From positions 1,639,111 to 1,703,110 of the forward strand of contig MU058824.1 of NCBI GenBank assembly GCA_013265495.1: 64,000 bases of DNA. Direction: 5' to 3'. Numbering within the stretch: the stretch's first letter is position 1; each line of letters starts with the position of its first letter. A program made the position numbers and the translations under genes. Source of the DNA: Vicugna vicugna. Taxonomy: Eukaryota. The notes under the pieces are model-generated. The model did not search any database, was not told the DNA's origin, and worked only from the letters and a program-made list of their open reading frames with translations. This document shows positions 39,181-51,989 of the stretch, one piece after another.

Positions 39181-40287
39181 CATATTTACATTAAACCATA
39201 GTAGCATTCCTAAAGTAAACCTTTCTTTGTCATGCTGCATTATTCTTTTAATCAATTTAATAATTTAGGGGGTTTTTTGGTAAATACATGTAATAATAGT
39301 TTATATTTTACTCTGATTATGCCATCTTCAATCAGGTTTAGTTGTCAGAGTTATTCTAATTTTACAACATGAGTCAGAAAACTTTTCATCTTTTTAGGTG
39401 CTCTGAAACAGTTTATAGAATATACAGATTAGCTGCTCTTTGAAAATCAAATGATGAGTCTGTGAAACCATCCAGGATTTTGTGTCCCCCATCCCACCCA
39501 CTTTACAAGTTATCTTTTTGGTTTCTTCCATGCTTTTTGATCACTTTAGATTTCTACTTCTTGTGTGGATTTTAGAACTTATGTTTACCAGAGAATGGTA
39601 CATTTGCTTTAGATTTTCAAATTTATCAGAATATGTTTAACTACGGTTTTTAAAAAATTTCTGTGTCTTTTGTTATATGCTCTTTCTCATTACAGATATA
39701 TTTCCCCACTTTTCTCCTTGATTAAATTATCCAGTTTACTTCTTTACTGATGTAACCGATATTAACATCTTAAATTCAGCATGTAAAAAATGGTCACATT
39801 TCTTACTTTTCCAAGTTAAATCAAACCTGGATCAAGCACTCTACCTGCCAGATTTACTAGGGTCAGCATCTTCCTCTTGAAGTGTCACCCTCTTCCAAAA
39901 TAGTCTCTCTCACCCAGCTGGGAGAGCCTGTGTTCTGCAGCCCTTGCTGCCTGTTGCCTCTTGGTGGTGCTGTTGACACTGGTCTGACTGGTTACCTCCA
40001 CTGATGGAGGTCCCTAGGAACACTTCCCAGCATCCTCGAACTCCTCACTGGGTTCCCAGGTTGCAACTTTCTATGAACAGCCTTTTCACTCCCATTTGGA
40101 GCCACTCCCATTTGGAGCCACTCCCAGGATGCAGAAACACATTGTCAGGAGACACTTGGTCATTTTCCTCCCATGGATCCAAAACCTTTGTTGGCTTTTT
40201 CTTCTCTGATATCCATACCCCTAAGAATCAGAAAAGGTTTCTTTTAGAACCCTACTCCTAAATGGTCCTATCCATTTTGCTGTGTAT

Positions 40288-40426
40288 TCTCCTTTCTCCC
40301 TTCCTTCCTTCCTTTCTCTCTCTCTCTTTCTTTCCTTCCTCCCTCCCTTTCTTCCTCCCTCCCTTTCTTCCTCCCTCCCTCCCTCCCTCCCTCCCTTCCT
40401 CCCTCTCTTTCTTCCTTCCTTCCTTC

Positions 40427-40486
<60 letters not shown>

Positions 40487-40534
40487 TTTCTTTCCCTTCC
40501 TTCCTTCCTTCCTTCCTCCTTCCTTCCTTCCTTC

Positions 40535-40608
<74 letters not shown>

Positions 40609-40668
40609 CTTTCTTTCTCTCTTTCTCTCTTTCTCTCTTTCTTTCCTCTCTCTCTGTCTCTTTCTTTC
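40288..40668. repeat. Compound (CTTT)n/(CTTC)n/(CCCT)n/(CT)n polypyrimidine microsatellite
   Basis: About 380 nt, essentially all C/T on the + strand, with two long pure CTTT arrays. Confidence 0.98.
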
Positions 40669-41069
40669 ATCTGCTCTTTTATTAGGAAAAAAATTTCCCC
40701 AAAGAAAGATCCAACAGACTACTCCTTAAGTCTCTGTGGAAAGAACATAGGTCACATGCCCACCTCTGACTAAGGGGAACAGTACTTGGCACAGTGCCCT
40801 CTAAACAGAAGCAGGACAGTGCTGCAAGGGAAAAGGTGGAGGGTGGGCAAGCAGTACTATTTGCCATAACCACTATTCATCTTCTTTAAAGCAGACACCT
40901 TGGTAGCCTCTAGGGGTCCATTTGCTTTCCCTTTAAAGATTACCACCCCTTCCCAGAGATAAACAACTTTTCCAGACATTTCCTTTGCCAAAGAACATAT
41001 AGCAAAAACACAAATTAAATTTTCAGTGAAACATCCTGTTATCTTGTTTATTTTAACCCAAAGAACCAG

Positions 41070-42430
41070 CACTTGAATTTTTATTAGCTTTGCTTCTATT
41101 TACCTAATTTATTTCTAATTCTAATTTATTTCCTTCTGCTTTTATTTTTATTAATACCATCCTTCTTTTGTGTTTGTTTTGCAATTCTTTTTCTAACTTC
41201 TAGATTTGCATACTTATTTTACTCTTTTTTATTTGCTATCAAATGTGTTTAAGCCCATAAATTAGTCTTTGATTTCAGCTTTAGCCAAATCCTATATTTT
41301 TTAGCTACGTAATATGACATTTTAATAAGATTATTCTGTAATTGCATTTTCAGTTTAAAATGTTAGGCTCCTACTTCTCTAAGTACCAGTATTAAAATGT
41401 AATATCTATTGTTAGCTATGGAAATTAGCATTTTTATTTACTGCCCATCCCTTATCACCTCTGATTTTGAATTGTTATAATTTCAGTTTTTATTTGACTT
41501 TATTCTTTACATTGTGGATATTCTTTTTCTGTTGTCATTTGAAATATTGATTATATTTTAAAGCTTATATTACAATAACTATGATTTTAAGATTCAGATT
41601 CATATGGCTTCAACTTGTATTGACATATCTTTCAGGAGTTGTGTCTTGATTTGTCTCTCTGTGGCATGAATACATCTTTGAGTAATATTTTTCAGGAAGG
41701 ATATATGGGTTTTCTATCTACCATGCTGTTACACAGACCACAGTTTCTTTCTGTTGCTTCTCGTATGAAGTATAGATTTCTATTATCATAATATTCTTCC
41801 TGAAACTTCTCTAGACATTACATCAACATTGTAGTGAAGTCTGATGCAATCTGATTTGATTTTTTTGTGGATGAGTCTTTTTTTTCCCCGCTCTGTGCTG
41901 GATGCTTGTGGGATTCTTTCTTAATCTTTGGAATTTAAAAAAATATGGCACATGTCAGATGCTTGTCTATTTTGTCTAAAATATGATTACCATTTTTATA
42001 TGAAGAATCAGTATTCATATTGCAGAAGTTGTCTTCTGTTATATCTTTAATTATGACTCTTTTGTTCTGGTATCTTTTTTTAGGAATACCAGCAATTCAT
42101 GAGTGAGCCTCTGTCGTTTATTCTCCATAGTATTATTTTCTCTCTGGCAATTTTTACCCTAGTCCTTGTTCTGTGTGTTCTGAGAAAACATCTCACCATT
42201 GTCCTCAACAGGATCCATCGGTTTTCTACAATTAATTTCTGTTCTTTCCTGCTTCTAATTCTTCTTAAAATTCTTATAACACCATTCTTTATCTGTCATT
42301 ATCTTCTTAGCTCTGCCAGCTTTCTTTTTGTTTCAGTCTCTTCTATTGCAAATTCCATTTCTTACATCTTAGAGGCCAGGATTCTTTGGCCTCTTTGAAG
42401 TACAAAACAGACACTAGAATTTACTTCTGG
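41070..42430 (-). mobile_element. Decayed L1M/HAL1-like ORF1 region
   Basis: T-rich. 'gtgaagtctgatgcaatctgattt...ggattctttcttaatctttggaattt' is the reverse of the ORF1-like block at about 20400-20540. Confidence 0.7.
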
Positions 42431-44384
42431 TTCCTATAGTGAATCTTTTTAGAGGTGATGTTTTTCCTCTGTATGCATTCCTCATTTGTCTCCTTTATGT
42501 TTCAGAAGATTTTCAGAGGTTCCGTGTGCATTTTAGGTCTTCCCTGACCTGGTATTCGCTCACTTCTCCTGGGGTCCCCTCATTGTTTTATCTGGATGCT
42601 GTGAGATTCTTCACATCAGATATTAATCTGGAAGACTGCATGACGACAGTTCACATTACCAGCCAGCCCAAGGGTTTGGGGGTCATTTGTGCTGTGGGTG
42701 TCTCTTCTCTGCTTTGTTGGCACAGCTGCTCCCGATGTGTCCTGTCCCTTCTGGCCTCTCCCTTGTTCTCCCACCTTCTGTGTCTAGGGGACATCCAGAC
42801 CAGTCATCGGAAAACCAGGCTTGGATCGGCTTTGCTTGTCCTTGGATCTAATGGCTCAGGCACTCCTGAAGGCTGTTGGGCTGCACTGTGAGAGGTGGGC
42901 TCCCCATGGTGGTCTCTGCACCCCTCCTGTGGCCCAGCCTCTAGTCCAGCACTCTCTCATTCGCCATCAAAGGCTGTGAGATGGGCCCTGTGGGCACGCC
43001 CGCCCTCCTTGCAGCACCATGCTGCTTTCTCAGGAAGGAGAGCTGTGAGTCAGCCTTCAATCTGGTTCCACTGGCACTGCACCCGGCAGAAATTCCTCAA
43101 AGTTGGTGGCATATTGATGGCGCTCTTTCCTATTTTCCAATGCTGAAGCAGATCCCCCCTATTTTTATACTCTTTTGGTCCTTTCTGTCACTTTCAGAAG
43201 GAGGTAGCTTAGGTGGGAGTTGGACATCTGTGCTCAGCTTTACCATCTTTCCCAAAAGTTTTATAGTTAACACTTGCACATACTTTGTACTTCGGTCTAC
43301 AGATAGATGACAATTCCTGAGCATTTCCTTTTTAGTGGCCCCCTTTTTAAAATTCCTTATATATACTGGCCCTCATCATATCTGGTTTTATATTTTTCCT
43401 GGAAACTTTTTCTCTCCCTCTCAAATTTCAGTTTAGCATCCTCTTGATCAGATGGATAAATTCTCCCAGCAAACATGGTGTTGCCAGTCTTGGGGTGGTG
43501 AGTGCCGTCCCTTTGCAGGGGCTTATCATCTGGCATCATAAGCCATATCCTAGCATCCAGCAATATTGATGGAGTTTCTCCACATCCTCCTTTCTGTGCC
43601 AAAGTTATGACCTTCCAGTGGAAACAGAGAAGGATCCGTCCTCTTGCTTCCAAGTCCCCATTCTCCTTCTGAAGCCTTGTGTTGTTGCACTTGAGAGCCA
43701 TTTCGGCTTCCTTCTGGCACACCCAGACCCTCCCGCATGAATCAGCAGACGTGGGCAGAAGGTGGTGGGGGAGGGGGTGCCAGAGGCCCCCATCGCTGCT
43801 TGGCTGGCTGCCCCAGGAAGACAGCACATCACACAATTTGCCATATCAAGTCTGGGAACAGCTGCCTGCCTACCCTTGTCAGGGAGTCACCAAGCGCCAC
43901 ACATCTGCTCCTTCCGGGAACGGTGCAAAGATTCCTCCCACCGTGGGTGCCTGTGAATTCCCTTCGGGGTTTCATGGGGTGTGGAATAACATTCTCCTGC
44001 AGAAAGTCCAAAGTAACCAGCCTTTATGAGAAGATGCACCCATCGGGGTTTAGTTCCAGTGGCACTACTGGCTCTTCCTTCCCTTCTCCCAACCTGTTTC
44101 ACCTCTAATACTAAACACTGCCATTGACTGAACCTCAGCCATGTATCAGCTTATTTTAACCTTTGTGACAACCTTAAGAGAAGCTATGGTTATGCCCCTT
44201 TCACAGGGGAGAAAAGAGCTCAGAGAGTTCCCTTGCTCACCCGAGGAGCCCAGCCAGTAGGGCATAGCCAGCATTCTAGTCTGCAGCCACCTGACTCCAA
44301 TTGGTACTCTTTCCTCTCTGCCACTGCCTGCCTAGAGGGGAAAATAGACCCACAGGCTCTCCGTTGTGGGTTCAGAGCCGAGAT

Positions 44385-44595
44385 CTGCCATGGTAGGCCA
44401 GGGGGCCCAAGCAAGCCCCATGCTTTGTCAGTAAAGTTTTATTGGAACACAGCCGTGACCATTCATTTGCACGTTGTCTGTGGTTGCCTTTGCAATGTAA
44501 AGGCAGATTTGAGTAGTGGTGACAGAGACTGTATGGCCCTCAGAGCCTAAAATGTGTATTATCTGGCCCTTTCTAGAGAACATTTGCTGACCATG
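44385..44595. mobile_element. MER58A (hAT-Charlie)
   Basis: 'gtaaagttttattggaacacagcc...gagtagtggtgacagagactgtatggccctcagagcctaaaatgtgtattatctggccctttctagagaacatttgctgacc'. Confidence 0.9.
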
Positions 44596-45879
44596 GTTTA
44601 CAGGCAGGGCTGTAGAAAGAGACAGACCTGAAGTTGAATCCAAGGCTCATTACTTCCCAGCTGTGTGACCTAAGGCATCTGACTCAACATCTCTGAATCT
44701 CATTTTACTTACTCATAAGCTGGTCATAATTGTACCTTTGGGTTTCACCAGTGGTCAAGAGGCGGGAGATGACATGTGTGAGGGACTGTGTATACAGGTG
44801 GGCACTCAGAAACGTGAGTTGTCATTGTTACCTTTCTCACCTGTCACAGATGTGCAGCCTTCTCCACTTTTGCTCTTTGGCTTCCTTTCTGGAGCATTCT
44901 GACATTTCTTCCTAAGAATCCTTCATCTTCTCTGATACCCTACAGCACAAATGAAGCACAGATGCTTCCTGAGCCTTCTCAGAACACTGAGCAGCAGGCA
45001 AAAATGATGCTGACCTCAGGCAGCTGAATGGCGTGTCCTGTTGGTCTCATTCGTTCATTCAGCCAGTGGTGATTGAGCCAGACCATTATGCTTGAGTCTG
45101 ACAGGGACTCAGACAGGGCCTCAGGCATAGTAGGAGCCCCTAGCCTGGGGCAGATGGACATGTTAATAGCGATGACAGTCACCATAACCACTGTGTCTCC
45201 AGATTCTGGTCCCCTTTGGAAAATTCACCTTGCACTCTACAGAGTGGATGCCTGTTCCCTGGAGTCTGGGTACTGCTCCTAGGAAGATACATTATAAAAA
45301 CTGCTTAGCTTAGCACAGCTTCAAGCCCCGCTCCCGGGCTGTCGGCCTGCTCAGCACTTTGATGCAGTGTCCACCCCAGGACGTGGTCGGCTCACCTGAC
45401 CCGCTGGTTCCCTCCCAGGCACATACTCAGCACCTCTCCAGGCTGGGGCTGGCTCCTCGGGCTCTGGGCCAGGGCACGGGCAGACTGTCTTTCGTGACCT
45501 TGGAGGAGCTGTTGACAGCTTAGCTCCTCTCCATTGGTCCATTTGGCCTTGGCATTCTCCCTTGGCCACCTCACTAGGGCCAAGGACGTGCTGTGTGCTG
45601 GTATGGGGCTGTGGATGGCCTGAGGCAGTTCCCAGTTCCTCCAGAACAGGGTAAAGGAAGTGTGGACCTGGGAGGGAGGAGCAGAGAATGCAGACATTCA
45701 GGGGGGTGAGCACAGCTCGTTGGAAAATCCAGAAGGACTTCATGGGGCTTAAATAGTGAGGAAGTACTTTGGACAGGACCAGGGGAGCCAACCAGGGCAA
45801 ATGCAGCACCAGGGACTAGCAACGGTGGGAGTCAGGACCGCCATGTGCCTGGAGGACAAGCAGAGAGAGCAGCATCACT

Positions 45880-46110
45880 GGAGCTGGGAGGAGGGGCTGC
45901 TTGGCAAGGGCTGTAGCTAAGCCAGGGAGCAGGCAGGGAGAAATACCCTGAACTCTTTCTCTTCCCACCCTCTGACCCCTGCTGGGGCCTCTCATTGGCC
46001 TAGCCTACCTGGAAGTCACAGGATGAGGGAGCTCAAGTGATGCCATACATAAAAGTCAAGTTCTAGAAACAGAATAGCAGAGGGCAGGCTGGAAAGGCAA
46101 TCAGCCTGAG
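45880..46110. mobile_element. Old MaLR LTR fragment (MLT1J/K-like)
   Basis: 'gggagaaataccctgaactctttctcttcccaccctctgacccctgctggggcctctcattggcc'. Confidence 0.6.
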
Positions 46111-46369
46111 AAATTATATTAGCCTGGGTAGTGTATCAGAAATATAGGTAATTCTATCACTTTTCTCCTTTTTTCAGACTTTCAGTGAAGTTTGTAAATT
46201 ACTTAGGTAAGTTTGAAGTCTTTGAGTCAAAAGAATGCAACTGGTACAAAGTCCTACAGAGAAGAACCCCGAAGCATGCAGCTGTCCGTGAGCTCTCAGG
46301 ACAGGAGGTGTCATCGTCAAGGGACCGAGGGGCAAGCCACTGGTTTGGGCTGATCCAACACACACATGG

Positions 46370-46743
46370 GTGGGCCTGGCCTAGGTCAGGTTCCCCAGGA
46401 AAGGGATCCTGAGACTTGTGGGAGGTTTATTGTGGAATGCCCACAGGAGGGAGTGAGGTGGAGGAAGAGGTTGACGCAAAATGAAGTTGTAACAGGCCTC
46501 AGCTGAGCCTGTGGGGAGCTCTGGAGCTGGGGTGGCCCTTCAGAGATGTCCCACATTGAGTCCAGAGGCTGGGCCAGCAACTGGACTTAGGCTGCCCTGG
46601 GGAGGGGGTGTGACCTTGGACAAGGCTGCCCCCTTAAGTGAAGGGCAAATCCTGGGAGGACACACAGCGTGAATTGTCAGTAGCCAACACTCCTGGCAGC
46701 TGGGAGAATGGAAGTTTCCCACCTGCACCATAGTATCTATCAC
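46370..46743 (-). mobile_element. LTR16-type ERVL solo LTR
   Basis: 'ggcctcagctgagcctgtggggagctctggagctggggtggcccttcagagatgtccc...gggtgtgaccttggacaaggc...gccaacactcctggcagctggg'. Confidence 0.8.
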
Positions 46744-48608
46744 AGGGCTTTGGGAATAAGGGAGTTTAGGCTAAAGGGCCAGTCAGACCAGGGCAGCCAA
46801 AAGGGCATCACTTAGCTAGTGGTCCCCAGTCTGGCTGTGTAACCAAGACCCAAGGTGCTCTACTGAAATACAGATTCCTGGCCTCCCTCCCCCTCTGCTC
46901 ATACCAGAGTCAGCTCTCTTGGGTGGGGCCCAGGAATCTGTATTTCTGCAAAATTCGCAGGGAGATGTGATGTATAGCAGGCTTTGGAGCCACTACTCAA
47001 AAACTCTGAACCCAAGGGTGGTTGACATCGGGGAGATTGCCAGTTCTATGCAGTGTCTACTGAGCTGCTGCTCTGTGCCAGGCCCTGTACTGGGCACTGG
47101 ACACCAAGGAACTGGGCTGGGCAGCTCCTGTCTTGTAGGGCTTGGAGAAAGGGCCCTTGAAGGGCTGCAGCTGGTGGCTTTTTGCAGGGCTGCTCTTCTG
47201 TTGCTGCTAGTAAAGGCATGACGTTGGGCAACATTGGCCTGGGAAGCAGGAAACTAGGTTTGTGCCTAGACAGCTGTGTGATTTGGGGCAAGTCCCTACC
47301 CATCTCAGGACCTCACTTTCCCCCACCGTCCAACATGGGCTGGTGTGTTGGTGTAGCAGCCAGCCCGTTCTGAGCATAGCCCCTTTCTTAGAGGTGTGGG
47401 GAGTGGGCCTGAGGGTGGTAGTGCCAACTCTACCCGCTGGACAGAAGCTCCCTTTGCAGTGATACTGGGGCCTGGAACTGAAATACATCTTAGGCCTCTG
47501 CCCACTTCCTTGTCATTATCACCTTCTGATCTTGATCCCCCGTCCCTTGGATGTACTTAGTTCTGCCCTCTTCTCTCTTCTAAATGTTCTGGTTGCTTGG
47601 CTTGTGTCCCACATGGGCACATGAAGAGGCCCCAACACAGTCTCACCCCTCCAGGCCTCCCAGTCTTGGGGGAGACACTCAAGTAACTGAGCCCTTCTTC
47701 CTGTCACTGTGGCAACTCACCCTGGGGATCAGGTCAATGCTGCCTCTGAACCCCCTCCTCTCTTCTCCCTCCACCCAACCGCCCTGGATTGTGGAGGCAG
47801 GGAAATACGAGTTTAAATCTACACCCTCAGGCTTACTAATTGAAAGGCCTTGGGTAAGTCACTTAACTTTTCAGGTCCCTCCTCTATAAAATGGACACAA
47901 TTATGATATCTACTTCCTAAGATGAAATTCACTCCATAGTGATTGTGCTGTGCGACCTACAGCCTGCTTGCTCCCTGAGGGCTTCGAGTGAGGAGTGGGA
48001 GGAAGGGAGGCAGGCTCTGGGGAGCCATTTGCATCTATGCCTTCACTTTCTACCCCCCCCAACCTATACACCAGATTTGCAGTCCTGGATGAAGAAGAGA
48101 GTCTGGATAAACAAAGGAGGGCTTCAAATGCTAGGCTGTAGAGCATCCAGGCAGAACACTAGAGTGGAAGACAGAGAATTCACTCTGGAATATAGAACTG
48201 GAGAAAAAGCTGCCCATGAAAAGGGCATCATGCCCCAGGGTCTCTGAGAGGAGCCCTTTAAAGCTCTGCCATGAAGTTAGGGATGAACACTTGGATCCAG
48301 CTACTTACCCAGTTTTTGGAGCTTCCTGAAGCTGTCCTGTTCCTGCAGGGTGAACATGTGCCACCTAGGCTGCCGTCAGCATTTGTCCCTCTTAGCTGGG
48401 GCACTGGCTTAAGAATCTAAGACCTTCCTTGGGATCCAGCAGTCTCTTCTGCCCCTCCATCTGATGGCTGAATCCCGTCTATAGCAACCCCACCTCTGCT
48501 TGCACATCTACAGTGGCAGAGAGCTCATTCCCAGATGGGGGAGGCCCTTCCATCCTTGGCTTGCTCCCCTGTTAGAAAGTTCTGCCTCTGAGGGAGCTGA
48601 AATCTACT

Positions 48609-48665
48609 TCCTGGCCCTTCCCTCACCGGTCCTGGCCCTTCCCCCACCGGTCCTGGCCCTTCCCC
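48609..48665. repeat. 21-bp minisatellite, about 2.7 copies
   Basis: TCCTGGCCCTTCCCYCACCGG at 48609 and 48630, with a partial copy at 48651. Confidence 0.9.
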
Positions 48666-49442
48666 TTCCCCTGACGCCCAGGCGCCACGCTGTTCCGCTA
48701 GTCTCAATGACAGCTCCTCGGGATATGCAGGTGGGGTGTCTCACAGGCCTGGACTTCCTGTCCACGTGGCCCCCTCCTGTCCCCTCAGCCACTCCTCCAG
48801 TGACAGGGATGGGGCTTAGAAAACCAGAGGAGGACTCTGCGTTCTGTATTCTTTAGTGTTCTCAGGTGTGAGTTCTCTAATATCCCTCTGCTATTTTGGT
48901 GTCAGAGGCACAATTTGCATCTCATTGATTTCCTAAAGGTTTGTGTTCATCATCTTAACTGGAAAATATACCTGTTTTATTAATATCCAAGTATTTCTGT
49001 AAATACTGGTTTGGTCCCACAGGTCTGCTGCAATTAAAGCCATAGGTACTTCTGTCACAGGAAAGCAATGAGGTTCCGAAGGCTAATTTCATTCCCCAAT
49101 GACTTGGTGTGGCCTGACTTCACTGACCGAGCAGAGTGGCAAGCTCCTTGGAACTTCTGGCAAAGAGAAGACTATTGGCTGGGAGGTCCAAAGCAAGGAC
49201 TTGCACATTATTCAAGAAGGGGGCCTGGGCCCAGCCCTGCTTCCCTAGGCAGCCCTGTGCTGGGCTCTGTGGGTCCCAGATGGAGGGTGTGTTGACTCTC
49301 AGGACAGTCTCTGTTGAGCCAGAAAGAGTGGCTCTGAGCACAGGACTGTGGAGTTCAGAGGAGGGGTCACCACTAGCTTGGGGATGGGGGAAGGCCTCCT
49401 GTACGAGAGGGTCTTTGAGAAGGATCTCAAGGACACAGCTTA

Positions 49443-49980
49443 TTATATGAGTTTCCTATTCTGTTGTAACAGATCATCACAAACTTGGTGGCTTAAAATA
49501 GCACAAATTTATTATCTTATGATACTGAGCTCAGAAGTTGAAAATCAGTCTCACTGAGCCAAAATCAAGGTGTTTAGCAGGACTGGTTCCTTCTGGAGGC
49601 TCTAAGGGAGAATCTGTTTCCTTGCCTCTTCCAGCTTCTGGAAGCTGCCTGCCTGTTTTGGCTTGGCCCCATCTTGCATCTTCAAAGCCAGCAGTGTGGC
49701 TTGTTCAGATGAATCTCCCCCCTCACCCCAAGAATCCCTGTTTCTGTCATGTCTCCTTGGATTCTGACTTTCCTACCTTTCTCTTTCCCTTATAAAGACC
49801 CCTGTGATCACCTTGGGCTCTTCTCGATAATCCAGGATGGTTTCCTTATCTCAAGATCCTTCACTTACACCCCTTTGCAAAGTCCCCTTTGCCATGTAAG
49901 GTAACATATTCCAGGGATGAGGATGGGGACATCTTCGGCGGGCGGTGGAGGGGGATTGGTAATTATTCTGTTCATCACAC
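49443..49980 (-). mobile_element. MLT1C/D-type MaLR solo LTR
   Basis: 'gtttcctattctgttgtaacagatcatcacaaacttggtggcttaaaatagcacaaatttattatc...ggttccttctggaggctctaagggagaatc...ttgccatgtaaggtaacatatt'. Confidence 0.9.
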
Positions 49981-50619
49981 TTAAGATTCTTTGGAATTTT
50001 TAAAACTGTGGAAGGCTGGCTGATGAGAACAGGGGTTTGAGAGCCGGAGAGCCCTAGTTCCCTTGAGTCATCCGTGCTGGACTCCTGAGCCCTCCACTAA
50101 GGCTCATGTGGCTGGTGGCCCCCCACCTGGACCCCTGTGTCCCATGACACAGCTACTCATGGTCCCCACCTTGGTTTCCTGCTCTTGGTAACTCTGGGAA
50201 AGTGAGGAAAATCATATTTCTTTAGGACAGACAAGTAGCTACTGAGTAGAGGGAAACCAGTGTTCCCGTCAGGAAACCTCAGCCTGTGACGTGAGGGTGT
50301 GAATGGGACAGGAAGCTGGGGCTTAACCAAGGGAATGTGAATTGAACCAGTAGCTGCCAGGTCTCTTTGTGTCATGAGTGCTCCTCAGGCTCTTTGTTTC
50401 ATGAGCCTCCTCAGAAAGGTAGAAATAAAACCTCATGGATAAGTTTTTATGGGACTCTTAAGTGCATGCCTAAAATCTTTGAAAAACTTCAGAGCTGCAG
50501 AGGGCTGCTTCAGTAACGTTAACATTCAAAAAGACAAGGAATGGGCACAGGTGGGATTTTAAAACTTACTTTCCTGGAACCACAAACATTGGCGACGAAA
50601 GAAAAAAAACCCCTCTCCA

Positions 50620-50875
50620 GTATTCTGACCAGATTCTACTTGCACACCTCTGATGATAGGGAGCTCGTTACCTACCAAAGCTACCTTCTCCATCATTAGA
50701 AAGTTCTTTTTGGCTTTAAGCCAAAATCTGCTTTCTTGAGCCACCTACCTGTTGGTCCCTCCTTGAACACAGAGGTGCCCAGAACCAGGTGCCCTCCCTT
50801 CCATACCACAGCCCTTCAGGTTTTGAGATTGGCCATCACTTCCTGCCTTAGTCTACTCTTCTCCAGGCTAATTTT
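50620..50875 (-). mobile_element. L3/CR1 3' fragment
   Basis: 'cttgcacacctctgatgatagggagctcgttacc...attagaaagttcttt...cttctccaggcta'. Confidence 0.65.
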
Positions 50876-51989
50876 TTAATTGGTTTAAATTAATGGTGGT
50901 TCCTGGGGAGCTCCAGCCCCGGTAAAAGTGACCTGAATTATTCAAAGATTTGAGTGTTTTAAATGCCTGTTTATCCTAATTAGCATCTTAACTACAGTAG
51001 TGCCCTCTGCCTCTAACGAGCCACATTTTAACATGTTCCATATTTTAATGGATTTTACTTGAATGAACTGTTTAATCAAGTGAAGACATATTTCATGAAT
51101 GAATAGAAGTAAATCTATAATTATACGCTTTAGTCAGGTAAGAGAAGTGACATTTTGGCACAATCTAGGGCTATATATAGCGAGTGTATTTGAATGACAA
51201 AGTAGGTTACCTCAGCTTCCATAGGGGAGCTGGGAACTCGCTTTGCTCTCAAGTTCATTTCGTAACCTAATTAGAATTTTCAGAGTTGTAAAGTGCGTGT
51301 GTGCAGACCTGGTTCTCCCCATCTTTACCTGGATCTGGATGATTCCTCAGCTGGTGCAGTGGCCTCCTTAGGGAAGGCGTCTAGGGAACTACTGGCAACA
51401 GAAGCCTAGTGTTCTGGAGCCTCTCATACTCCCCGCAGCCTCCATGGTACACTTCACAAGCTCCATCAGAGCCTTCCCCGCCCGGGACATGCAGTTGAAA
51501 TATGATAACTTACAGCTTAAACTTATAGCTAACTAATATTCTGTTGTTTCTCCCTTTCTTACTTTCTCTCTGCCTCTCATTCCCTTCTCCCTGCTTGCCT
51601 TCCCTCCATTGTCCCTTCTGACGTGGTCAGGATCTGCTCGCGGTGCTGGGAGCCAGGAGTAGAAGGATCTTGGGGTTAAAGATGATAAAGAAGAGACATA
51701 ACTATTGCATGGGTCAGGAGGGGAGTCCCAGCTGTATAGGAAGATGGTGCCCAGAACCTGGAGAAGGTTGGGGTAGGTGACTTGGAGGGCTTTTTAGGCA
51801 GGCTGGCAGCCCAGCTGTGAGCCTGGCAGTTCTGTGGCTTTTGCCCCTTCATTTGTGGTCCTTGATTTTAGTTACATGTTGGAACCACCTGGAGAGCTCT
51901 ATCCTAGAGGTTCTTGTTGGTTTAGGATGCAGCCAGGGCATCAGTAGTTTTTAAAGACTCCTAGGTGATTCTAATATGCAGCCCAGAAG

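Noticed and set aside
40221..40773. 149-163 aa ORFs on both strands
   Set aside because: Translations of the (CTTT)n/(GAAA)n microsatellite; low-complexity artefacts.
43357..44108. Cluster of overlapping 60-159 aa ORFs
   Set aside because: No recognisable protein similarity. GC-richer intron sequence gives such ORFs in many frames, and no exon structure is evident.
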